From Oikopleura dioica (lineage: Eukaryota > Animalia > Chordata), in NCBI GenBank assembly GCA_907165135.1, contig OU015567.1:14508001-14572000 (forward strand): a DNA stretch of 64,000 nt. Reading direction: 5' to 3'. The translations under genes and the position numbers were made by a program. This document shows, one piece after another, positions 1-10,916 of the stretch. The notes below the pieces were generated by a model, which worked only from the letters and a program-made list of their open reading frames with translations, was not told where the DNA came from and made no database searches. Each line of letters opens with the position of its first letter. Position 1 is the first letter of the stretch.

Positions 1-1043
1 GATCCGCTTGAAGGTCTTTATTCGTGATTGGAAAGTCAAGTTTGGCCTCTGAATCAAATACTGAGATGATCTTCTTGGCAGAAAGCATTCCAATATCTCG
101 ATTGTCGGACGCCGACTGAGCAAAGTGGTTTTTGAAGCCCAAAGAAACAGTGTTGATAATCTCCAATCGCATTTCATCCGGACATTTAGGAAGATAGTCG
201 ACTGAGAAGGCAATGATTTTCGAAACTTGGATTCTTTGATCGACAGAAACCTTGATAACAATGTTTTCGTCCGCCCAGTAGTCAACTAAATGTTTCCATG
301 TCTCCAGACCTGCGATAGCAACAATCCGTCCCATGTGAAACTGGCCATTTTGATTGAGTAATCGACCGGTGCATATTCGAAGCAAGTTGAAGTTTTTAGC
401 GAGAAATATGTCGACAAGAGGAAATACCAATGTTTGAAATGAAAAAGGCGGACAGTAGTTTATGAATGATTCAAGGAAGTTTCTTCTCGCGCGAAAACGG
501 AGATTTTTGGCAACGTCTTTCGCTAATTCAGCTTCGTCTATCACTATCTGAGCAAACTCGTGCAGAAATAGGGCTGATTCTTTCGATTGTGACACATTCG
601 CGAACGTGAGATCAAGTAACGCACAAGTCTTCTTGACATCTCTCTGGCGTAAAAGGCAACAAGCGAGATTCTCCAAATTTTGCATAAAATTTTGATGCTT
701 CAAATTCGTCGGTAAAGCTCCTTTATTTACATTTGCAAAGCGAGTTGGTAGATTCCAGATAAAATTGAGGAAATCAACGAAGACTTTCTGCTGCACGCTA
801 CTTAGAGCTATTCTTTCAAGGACTTCGTATGATGAGCAGAAGCCAACGAAGTCTGATAAAACTGGAGAGATCAATGCCGAGTCGGCAAGAATATTCTTCA
901 GAGAGCAAATGACTTGGATCATTTTCGCAGGAGAGGATGAAATAAGATCAGAGCTCAATTTTGCCAACGCGTCAGAATCCGAGCTTTTCCCATTCTTTTA
1001 ATTCCAGAAAATGTTCCGGAAGTTTTGTCAAAGCATCCAACAT
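1..1043 (-). CDS. TELO2: Second copy of TELO2, 5' part (runs off the left edge)
   Basis: Duplicate of 12071-13113. TAG-A-ATG at 1043 starts MLDALTKLPEHFLELKEWEKL. Confidence 0.7.
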
Positions 1044-1131
1044 TCTAGTTTAAGGTATTCAAGTTTTATCAAATTAAGAAATGAATTATTAAAAGTAAAG
1101 ATTGTTAAGAAAATAAGAAAGTTTTGTTTTT

Positions 1132-3091
1132 ATCAAGAACTGTGGCGTAGTGCAATGAATGATTTGAAATCGGCTTTTGAAAAGCTCAATTTAGACATAT
1201 TTTTCCATAGAGGTTCCTCGAGCTCTGGAATTTCGAGAGGTAGAGAAGCGCTGAGTGGATTAGATGAAGAGTGTGAGCCTTCCTCACTCGTGTCGAAGAC
1301 AAGATCGTAGGATTCCGTACTAAAATGACTATTTCGTATTGTTCCTTGTCAAGGGAACTTACCAGTCTACTGTAAGATCACAGTACGCATCCAAGACGGC
1401 TGAGTCTAGCGAACACGAGCTTCTACCAAGTTGCTCCAATAAGAGCACTACTTCTTGGTTCTTCGGCGTGTTAGCCTTTCTCAGATAATACACGACTCGT
1501 TCGAGAATAACCCTTTCCGGCTTGAGCATGTAATATTTTGATGCCTCTAAGAAAGGTTGAAGCATCTCGAATTCAGACAAAACAAACCTAGTAAGAAGAT
1601 CCGAGTATTTCTGGAAAGAGTCCAAACATTATCTGACATTTCTGCTAAAATACCAATCACATTCAGTTCTGTCGAATGGGTGCGATGGAGAATTTGAAAC
1701 ACTGGAATAATTATGTTCTCGTCTATGTCTTCGAAGACGACGCGCAAGGATTTCTCCGCTACTCTCTGGGTAATGAGTTTCAAGAATGTTTCTGGGTTCC
1801 ATGATTTGAATTCGTCCAAGAAAAATGATTGAATAGTCGATTTAGAAGTGGTTTGACAGTTGATAGTTTCTTCGTCAACGAGAATATCAATATCTTCTTC
1901 TGATTTATTGAATAATTCATCAGAAGTAATTGGCAGATAGGCTTCTTCCTCTGGTAACCGGGTTTTCTTAAAATCAGGAGACAAAGCAGCTATTTCTTCG
2001 GTAGGGCCGAATTGAAGCATTAGTTTAATATACAAACGATAAATTTTGGAACGCAAGTTTTCAGTTTGATTGGTGATTTTTAGCCGTTGAAGAAGATGAA
2101 GATGCTGTGCGCCCAGATGAATTGCTAGTTGAAGGTCTTTTTGAAGATTTGAAGAGCGATTTCTGCTGGAGATACTTTGTAGAAGATACTGGAAGATGTA
2201 ACTGAAGGAGTCGCAAAAAGAGCTCAAATATATTTCCAAATGCGCGAGACATGAATCTTTCGTCAAAGTAGCCCGAAGAGATGCCAGCTTTCTCCAGTAG
2301 AGACGTATCATCGGTGTTGCAGCGTCCCGCTCCATCGGCCTCTTCGGAAATTCTATGTCCAGACTTTCCTGGCAGTTGAAAATCATCAGAATTGAAGATA
2401 AACAAGATTTTTGCAAATAAGCGTCAACAAGAGATAATGAAGATTTGAGCTGATCATGTACGTCTCGAATCCAGGAGGGGAGGATCTTCGAGAGCTCTTC
2501 AAGCTTCTTGATCACTAGTCTCAGACTATTCGACAGAATGACCATATTTTTGGTCGTTGTCAAAGGAAGAACTTCTTTTATCATCCACGAAATACGCTTG
2601 CTCACTTCGATAAATTTAATCAAACTAAAAAAGACAGAATTTCTACCTGATAAAGCAGTCCTTTCAAGAGCTATATTTGCCCTCGAAAAAGCAATAGGTG
2701 ATATTTCATTCAAAAAGAACTCAAATCGCTTGAAAACAATTGGCGGAAAATCATCTGAAGAATTCTTGAACGTCTTGCAGTCATCCTGCAAGATCCAGAA
2801 CTCGATTTCTTCTTCTGAAGAGCTTTCCAAGGGTACCAATTTACTTATCGGGGTATAGTTCGGCGACTCTTCAGAAAATATTGAGATGACAGCGGCGAGT
2901 TGATACAGTTTTGCCCATGGGATGAGGCCGTTACCATCGACAGAAGCTGACAGTAGCTCTCCGATGGATTTAGTTTTAAACAGCTTGCTTTGCGATGAGA
3001 GCAATTTACTGGAAGCGGACTCGCTGAACTGAATGACATGCTTCATATAACTGTTCGATATCAGGTTCGTTATCGTAAAATCACTTGAGAA
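1132..3091 (-). pseudogene. 5'-truncated duplicate of the 13199-15525 gene; reading frame still open
   Basis: ORF 1547-3046 is nearly identical to 13656-15344 but lacks its N-terminal part. The last exon ends ...FIALRHSS* at 1132. Confidence 0.7.
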
Positions 3092-3605
3092 AGATTTCTC
3101 AAATATTTTTAAAAGTCGGCGATCGTGAGAGCGTCGGCTATACCCTTAATAAAGTCCTGACGAAGTAAAAAATATCATTGGGCATACCCTTATTTTGCCA
3201 GATTTGCTCAAAAGAAGCTCAGAAGTAGAAATAAAGTTCGATGTCGAGAGTTGATATAAATGCTCCTTTTATTAATGCCAGATGAATATGTAGTGTTAAA
3301 AGAAATGAAAATGGGCTGATCTCAGCGTTGTATTAATTTTAATTCAACCAAGCCAAACCACATGTTTCGGGGTGGTTTAGAAAACATGCAGCTACTGTTC
3401 TTTCAAAGGGTAAGTGAATGATGTGAAAATATGATGATATGAGTCATGACGTACGTGGCGAGCTGAATTACCGACCGACCGAGAGCTTCAGAAATTGCGC
3501 TTTTCTTGGCTGAATTTCGCGACTCCACATCGTCTCGCCCTTGCGATGATTTCATGAATCCCCTGAATTTCGAGGAAATTTCGATTCTCGACTTTTGAAA
3601 CTTAC

Positions 3606-4348
3606 GCGCTGGAGATATTTCCAATATTGCCGGAGATATTGTAGAGGATCGCTCTTGAACGACGTCGCCATTCTTTTAGATCGCGCTAGAATCAACCTTT
3701 TACAAGAAGCGTTTCATTTTTGAACTGTTTTACCCCCTCGCGCTCGCGGGCGAAATTGATCTTCGAATTTGACTTGGAAATGTCCTTGACGGATATGAGA
3801 AAGAAAACGACAGTGCCAGTCTCGTTTTTAATTGGCACTATAAAATCAGTTAGCTACTGTCAGTCCTTTCTTGGCAGCTACCAATATCAAGCTGGCAGCT
3901 TTGGCTTGTTTGATCACGGCTTTCGCGATCGCTGTAAAAGTGAAACTTTACTTCGACGCGGTATTCTTCCTTGTTTCGCAGGGCGCGCTCGATCCTCTCC
4001 TTGATGTCCTGCCGAGTGTCCTCGCCGTAGACGAACCTTATCGCGCAAGATCGACGCATAACTGTTCGTGGGTTAATTCGCTAGTTGTGGAGTACCCTAA
4101 GGCTTGCTCCAGGAGCTAATTAACCGAGCCTTTGCAGCGCGGAAGGCCGCTGAGCTCGCAGAAGCCATCTGAGCAATAGACGATCGGGTACTGATCTGGA
4201 ATCTGCGCATTTCCAAGCACGAAGTTTGAGTCTAAGAGACGATCATCCCTCTTTTCTAATTTTCGAAAAAAAACTTACGCGATCCGTCAAATCTCTCTGC
4301 GATCGTGTCAAGAAACGTGTTTTGCGGTGCCAGCAGGCCTTTTCTCAT
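3606..4348 (-). CDS. KCNH: EAG-family (ELK-like, KCNH3/4/8 type) K+ channel, N-terminal PAS-cap/PAS exons only
   Basis: Manual splicing gives [23 protein letters not shown]|[34 protein letters not shown]|[16 protein letters not shown]...QLDI|[21 protein letters not shown]...[14 protein letters not shown], the typical ELK N-terminus. Introns at 4278-4232 (GT-AG) and a 44-nt GT-AG before VPIKN. No S1-S6 exons found. Confidence 0.85.
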
Positions 4349-6741
4349 TTCTCTGCCTAGAAAAAATTTTAACCAATTTTCAAATTCTGCCGAATTTCCG
4401 GCACAACTCTCAATAAGGCCTGAATACAGCCAAAATGCCCTAGAAAAGGATATTTACTGTGTTAACCTTCGGCACACTTGGGAAATTGGAAGCACAGCCG
4501 TGAGGCCATTCTATTTTGATTTTTCTTTTTTCAGTCGGCGGTGGGTACTCTCTTCAAAATTAATCAAAACTCTTCGCGTGGAACACGTGCAGCTGATTTA
4601 TTCAAAAGCTGACAGAATAATAAATTCCGTAAACTACCCCAAAAATAAAACACTTGATACTAAGTTCTTCAAGTGCTCGGATTCACAACCCTGTCTACTT
4701 TTTACAGTAGACTGCTAAATTTGATAAAAATCGAACTCATTTGCTCTTTTAAGTCCAGACAGCTGTTTTGAGAGGTAATTTATTTTCTCTTGAAAAAAAA
4801 GAAGAAAAAAATTAGCTTTTGAAAAAGGGCTGGCGAAAAGGATGGACTGGCAGGCAGCAATCAAAGTGAATGGATAAAGAGATTCTTAATTGTGAAAAGA
4901 AATCGGCCAGCATTTTAATAGACTATTCACGAGTTCCACTTTGCACATTTAAAGAGATCCTCGCGCGACGGGGAGCTTCCGCTCCTTTCAGAAGCGATTC
5001 TCTGGGGATGAACACTCAAATTCAATGCCTCGCGAAGCGAACTTCGCGGTACTTTTTTAAAGGAATATTTTAAAAATTTTAAATGTACCGCTCTAATTAT
5101 CTTATTTTTTGAAAAATCTTTCCTTGGAAAACAAAAATTTAATTCAATGCAACTTTTCAACTTTCCGACCAACTGATAGATCATTTTCTTAAATCTCTCT
5201 TTGAAAATTATTCTCAAAAAAGTCGAAAAATATTTGAAGCATATTTTCAGATCAGACCTGGCTTGCTTAAAATATCCCGGTAGCCGAATCGGCGGATCAT
5301 TCCCAAGTTCGTTAAACGCATCATTAAACCGCATTAACTGTACTTCCAATTTTGCCCGTGGATGACTTACTCTTTTATAAATTCGCTTCCATGGGTTCTT
5401 TCAATTTTCAATTTGCAAGTTCTCGTTTTCAAGTTCACATTTGGCGCTGCGTTTTGTCTTCCTTTGCTGGCTATTAAAATTCAGCAGCGAAAAAACGCGA
5501 GCCAGAGGAAGATCCAAAGGATGGCGCTAGATGCGCCCAAATAATGGCTCTTTGGCAATTACGATCCTCCTCCCCATATCCGATAAAAATCGCGCCTCTG
5601 GGAATCGAACTGCTCGAATGATGATTTATTCTGCTTTTGCAGCCACTGCTGGAGAAAGTTACTGCAGCAATGAAAACATAATTTTTAATTGTAACTAATT
5701 TCAAGTCTAAGTTGAAAGCAGACATGCGGGAATAATATTTTGAAGGGTAGATTGAGGTCGGGAAAAGAAAGACGACAGAAAGTCGTCGCTCTTTATGGCA
5801 GGAAAATTACTGTATTTTGCGAGAATTCATTGTCAGTCGATAGACATTTTCGACGATTTAGTCGGCAAGAATACTCGATCTTTTTTACTTGATATTGGAC
5901 GAACGAATCTGGGGAATTCAGTAACTACAGTATTTTTCACTGAAATGGGATGAACAAGCATGAGAATCCGGACAATCCGCTATTTCTTTTTGCCAAATTC
6001 CGGATGATCCCGCCACGTTCATGTCCTCCTTCTCCTTTTCATTTTTTCGAAAATCCAGAATACAGAAACAAGATCCCGATTTTCATAATCATCGATAATC
6101 CCCTTTCAACGAGTTCAGATTTGAACGACGAAAGCCCACTATTGGACAGCCGACCGCATTTTTGGAAGCCTTTCGAATCATTTTGGAAAAAATTAGTGCC
6201 TTTGACAAGGTAAAATCTGAACTTTCCATAGGATTCGTCTGACTTCCACCCAAAAGAAGAAGAATTCGCCATGACTCTTACAATCAACAAAATCAACACT
6301 TGCAATCAAGGAGAAATCAAGGCGATGGAAGATTCCCTGTGAAAGGTAATCGGAATTAAATTAATCCCATTTGGCTAGAGGTGGCTTCTGAAATTGAGGC
6401 TGCGGCAGGTATCTAATTGCGGCGGCGGCTGTTTATTTATAATCGAATATTCATCCCAGCAAAGTCTTCCTCGAGTTAACACAAATAAACCTGCCACTGT
6501 TTATATTCACGGACAGACTGCAAGCGAACATTCTTCCTCGCTATCTGACATGAAAACAAGCGCTATTTTGAATCTGCATCGATGATGTTCTCAGGTGAAC
6601 TCAGAATTCATCTGTTCTCGAAGGTTCGCAAATGAAGCTTTTTATTGAGAGCGAAAAGATTTATTGAACAGAAAAGTTGAATCAGGAATCAAATCTATTG
6701 AAGAACTGCGTAATAAAGAAGCAAAGGAGTTGAATAACGAT

Positions 6742-7799
6742 CACTCAAGCTCGGATAGAGGGAAGTATGATTTCTGAGTTCCCTTGAAAAATAATAAGAA
6801 TCGATCTTGGTGAAGTTATTTTATACCTTTCTTGTTGTAGAGCGGGAAGCAACCATAGACGCAAATTTGGCATGTTCGATCGTCGTTTTCTGCGTCTTGG
6901 TAAGCGAGTAAGAAAAGGCGCCAACGAAGGAGTCTCCAGCGCCGGTCGTGTCGACCACGTCTACTTTTTCAACAACTGGGTGCAATGTCAGCTCTCCTTC
7001 GCCTAAAAATTCATTATTTTTAAAGCAACAATCAAAATCTAGACACTGACTTTTGACGGCAAATCCGTCTCCACCGAGAGTGACGATTACACTTTTGATT
7101 TTGTATTTCTCCTGGAGAGTTGTTGCCGCTTCCTGAATAGTTTCTTTTCCACTGAGTTCCAGAGCTTCTGTCTGATTCGCGATGAGATAGTCGATCTCTT
7201 CAGAGAATGTCTCAAAGTCTTCCCTGCTCGGGCAAGGCGCTGGCGAGTAGATTGTCTTTGCTCCAGCTGCTCTTCCAAGTTGTAGAGCTCTTTTGGTCGT
7301 ACTCACTGGAATCTCGTTTTGACAAATGACAATTTTCGTGCCCTTGAAAGCTTCCTCATCTAAATCTTCTCCAGTGAAACGCATGTTTGCTCCGGGGACA
7401 ACAACGATCGAGTTTTCGCCGTTTTCCATCGAAACTGTTATCGGAGCAACGCCAGTCGAGCAATCAGCTTTTGTTATTATTTTCGAGCAGTCCGTTCCGG
7501 TTTTAGCGAGCTCTTCAACATACCACGATCCATTTTGATCATCTCCTACTGCACCTAATAGTCCGACTTTTCCTTCGCCAGATAGAAGAGCTCCGCTGGA
7601 ATCATAAAAAATATTCACCCTTATTTTATGTGAGTTATTCTGACTCAATTCCTGCCTGGACCGCTTGGTTCGCTCCTTTACCGCCCAGACCAGTCTCGTA
7701 TCGTTCGCCTAGAAGGGTTTCTCCTGGTCCTGGCAGCCGAGAACAGTAAGCGATTTGATCAACATTCAAACTGCCGGCAACGAGGATGTCCCAGACCAT
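6742..7799 (-). CDS. RBKS: Ribokinase (PfkB family)
   Basis: Motifs [37 protein letters not shown] and [11 protein letters not shown]. The last exon is [13 protein letters not shown]. Confidence 0.92.
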
Positions 7800-7831
7800 T
7801 CTGAATTGAAAACATAGAAGACTCATGTCAA

Positions 7832-8748
7832 TTACTTAGAGACTTTAAAACGAGTCCAAGAAAGAAGCTCCGCATTTTGCTCGGCGAGTACATTGAAAAC
7901 AATAGATTGGCCGCCATTGAGTGGCTGATAGAGAAGACGGTTCTCGTCGGCAGCAAGATTGTCAATGGACAAAGGGCCTTCAGGAATATCTCCAGTGACG
8001 TCTGGAAGCTCTAACACGCAGTGCGCGGCTAAATCAGCGCTCAACTCCGCGCTACCACCAGAAAGGCTTAAATAAATGATAAATATATGAGATCTTAAAA
8101 GTGTTACCTGACAAGCGAGCCATAAGTTCCATTATTTGGATATTCTTTGTTGAAATTTCTAACGTAATATCCTAAATTTGGAGCCGCAACAACCTAATAA
8201 ATACACTTTCTCCACAGCCTCTGATACTGCCGCTTTACCTTTCCCGATTTAATTTGAATATTTTCTTTCAAAAGTCCGATTGCTTGCGCAAGTGAATCCT
8301 TGACGCCATCTAACTCGACGATTGCCTCGCCGGTGAATTCTCCAGCTTCCTTGGCGAGGAGAGTGCTAGTGACAGTGTTCACAAGTTTGTTGAATTCGGG
8401 CGTCTTCGACACAGGCTCCGATTCACAATTGATGATCACCATTGCACCCTTATTTCCTTCTGTAGCCACTCCAACACATCCTTCTGGAGTCTTTCGCGAA
8501 GCTAAGAATATTCGAGTTTGGCTTCCGTTTCAATATTTACCAAGAGATTCCATCTTCTTCATTCCCAAAGCCTTGGCTTCCTTTTCAAGATGAATGACCG
8601 CCTCTTCAAAATTCCAGTTTGTCGCCTGCAGAGCTGATCGACAAGTTCCAAGAGGAAGCTGCGACTCTTGACGGAGGCGCATGATCAGTTTCTTTGTATC
8701 GACAGCAGCCGTGCGTCGGACAAAAAGAGAGCCACAATAACGAAGCAT
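7832..8748 (-). CDS. TSFM: Mitochondrial elongation factor Ts
   Basis: N-terminal UBA-like [19 protein letters not shown]...A, then [28 protein letters not shown]. Four exons pieced together from ORFs 8530-8748, 8194-8469 and 7832-8044. Confidence 0.8.
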
Positions 8749-8786
8749 TCTGAAATGGTCATTTTTAACATTTTATCGAACCAATT

Positions 8787-9530
8787 TTATTGTTCTTCTT
8801 CTAAATGCTTGGCATTATTAATTGCAATTGCTTTCCCTTCCCAAGCGCTCATTCTCCCGTATCTCTTCGATTCGATCCAACCAGAGGTCTTCTTGATAAC
8901 AATATGATGGAATGCCGTATTCTTCATTGTCTCCTTAGCTTCTGCCTTGTACTCGCCAAAGTCGAAATTCTTGAGTCCAAGGAAATGTCTGAAGAGCATT
9001 TTCAACAAGAAACCATGCGCGAAAATCAGTATTGTCTTGTCAACTTTGGCCTCTTCGATGAGCGACCGGAGAAAATTCACAGCCCTGTATTTGACGTCGG
9101 CATCTGCTTCCATTTCCGGGCTGTTCCAGTCGACTTCGCTTCTCAACTTGCCCTCGAGTTTGCCCATTCCCTTTTCTTTGAGCAAGTCGTCGCAGATTAT
9201 GCGTTCTTCCCCGATGTCATTCGTAGCGATTTTAGCTGTTTCCAGAGCGCGAGAAAGGGGAGAGGAGTAAACAAGATCAGCCTTGGGAAGAACTTTCGCC
9301 TCGGCCAAGCGCTTTGCTCATTTGCAGATCAGAAATAAACTGAAAATAAACTTGGCGTTCATGAGTGGAAGCATTTTCTTGATCTCTGCCGATTTCGCTC
9401 AAAGGAATATCGAGCTAAAAATCTTTACTTGCAGAAATGACTATTGCGTCTTTACCTGCCCTTGCAAAATGCCAGCTTTATTATACGATGTCTCTCCATG
9501 TCTGATCAAGTATAAATTCAGAACAACCAT
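8787..9530 (-). CDS. TIGAR: Histidine phosphatase, TIGAR/phosphoglycerate-mutase-like
   Basis: MVVLNLYLIRHGETSYNKAGILQGQ|LDIPLSEIG, YSSPLSRALETA, EKGMGKLEG, ILIFAHG. The symbol is a best guess within the family. Confidence 0.7.
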
Positions 9531-9596
9531 TCTAGAGCACTTGATATTTGTGAGTTTTGTATTTGAATGACAACTTGAACTGTATTTAAAATTAAC

Positions 9597-10877
9597 TCAG
9601 TTTGCGCAAGCTCGAATAGCTTTCTCATCGTCGTCAAGCCACTGTAAGACTTGTGGAGTAAAATAAGAAAGAATCATTTCTGCGCCAGCTCTTCTACACG
9701 CCGTTAGACTTTCGAGCACTCCCTTCTTCAAATCAATCGCTCCAGCTTTGGCGCCGTGGACGAGTAGCGCGTACTCGCCAGACACCTGATAAGCAGCCAC
9801 TGGAAAATTCGGAAACTCTTGCTTCGTTCGGTAGATAATATCTTTTATCGGTTTTCATGATTTTCAAATTGGATATTTAATTTATAGCGAAAACAGTCCC
9901 TAGATAGGCACCGGCCGGTTTTACCATTAAAATATCTGCACCTTCGTTCGCATCTCTATCGTTGCATCTCATCGCCAAACTTGATGCTCCTGGTGGAAGC
10001 TGAAAAATAAAGTAGAAAATTGGCTGATGTGAATGCTAACCTGATAATTTCTTCTATCGCCAAATTTAGGAGCAGAACCAGCTGCTTCTCTGAAAGGCCC
10101 ATAAAATGCTTCACCCGAGTTATTATCAATTCCGTTCTATTTTCAAAGCTTACTCTTTAGTAATTCGATATTTAACCCGTAACAGAACAAAATTTAGCCG
10201 AGTAGGACATCACGGCAACTCGTGAGCCAAGCTTGAGTTCCCGAAGTCTGTTTTTGATCGCTCCTATCCTTCCATCCATCATATCCGAAGGAGCCACACA
10301 GTCAGCACCCGCGAGTCCATAATTGCCTGCGATCTCGGCCAGTCTATCGATGGACTTTTGGTTGTTCATGTGATCATCTTCGAAAATCCCACAGTGCCCG
10401 GTTTCGGAGAAGGGACAAATACAAACGTCAGCCGCGACCCACAGCTATCATTACTGTAATTTACAATTATAATGCATAGATAATGGGCGTTTATATGAAT
10501 AATAACTGAAAACTGACCTGTGGATATTTTGACTTGATCAATTTAATAGCTTCAATGGTAGGGCCCGTCTCGCAATCTGCGCTAGATCCGACAGCATCTT
10601 TAGTCGATTTGACATCTACGCCAAAAATGATAACTGAGCGAAGACCTTTGGCGACTTGTTGGGAAAGGAAGGGAATGAGGTTGTTGATTCCATAGCGACT
10701 CACTCCGGGCAGCGCATTTATCGGCTCCAGGGCATCGGGGGAGCTATTTGTTACGAAAAGCGGCAGCATAAGATTTACAGGCGATATTTTAGAGTCGAAT
10801 GCAGCGAGTTCTCGCAGAACCCCATGGCCATATGAAGAATGCAGAATGTGTCCGACTGGTGGCTCGTAACCGCTCAT
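9597..10877 (-). CDS. ALAD: Delta-aminolevulinate dehydratase (porphobilinogen synthase), Zn-type
   Basis: [21 protein letters not shown] (Zn ligands), [43 protein letters not shown]. Confidence 0.95.
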
Positions 10878-10916
10878 TCTGAAAAATAATCCGTCAAGGA
10901 CAAGTAGACTCATGAA

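Larger units (their letters stand above)
1..3091. repeat. Segmental duplicate of ~12071-15150 (offset ~12,070 bp)
   Basis: Position 1 (GATCCGCTTGAAGG) matches 12071. The lines I compared in 1-853 look identical, with the first difference at 854. Beyond that there are frequent substitutions and small indels. Protein-level homology stops at about 3091 (FSSDFTITNLISNSYMKHV vs FSSNFTITNLISNSYMKHV). Confidence 0.95.

Noticed and set aside
3116-3145. Residual homology beyond the duplication breakpoint (IADAL vs IADAI-RDR)
   Set aside because: Too short and frame-broken to separate from chance.
5801-5939. Possible small MITE (gaaaattactgta / tacagtatttttc)
   Set aside because: Arms are short and imperfect, with no TSD.
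5950-6780. Possible plus-strand multi-exon gene
   Set aside because: No consistent exon chain or recognisable motif could be built.
9296-9380. Non-canonical intron in the TIGAR-like gene
   Set aside because: A 40-nt canonical GT-AG solution keeps the frame.
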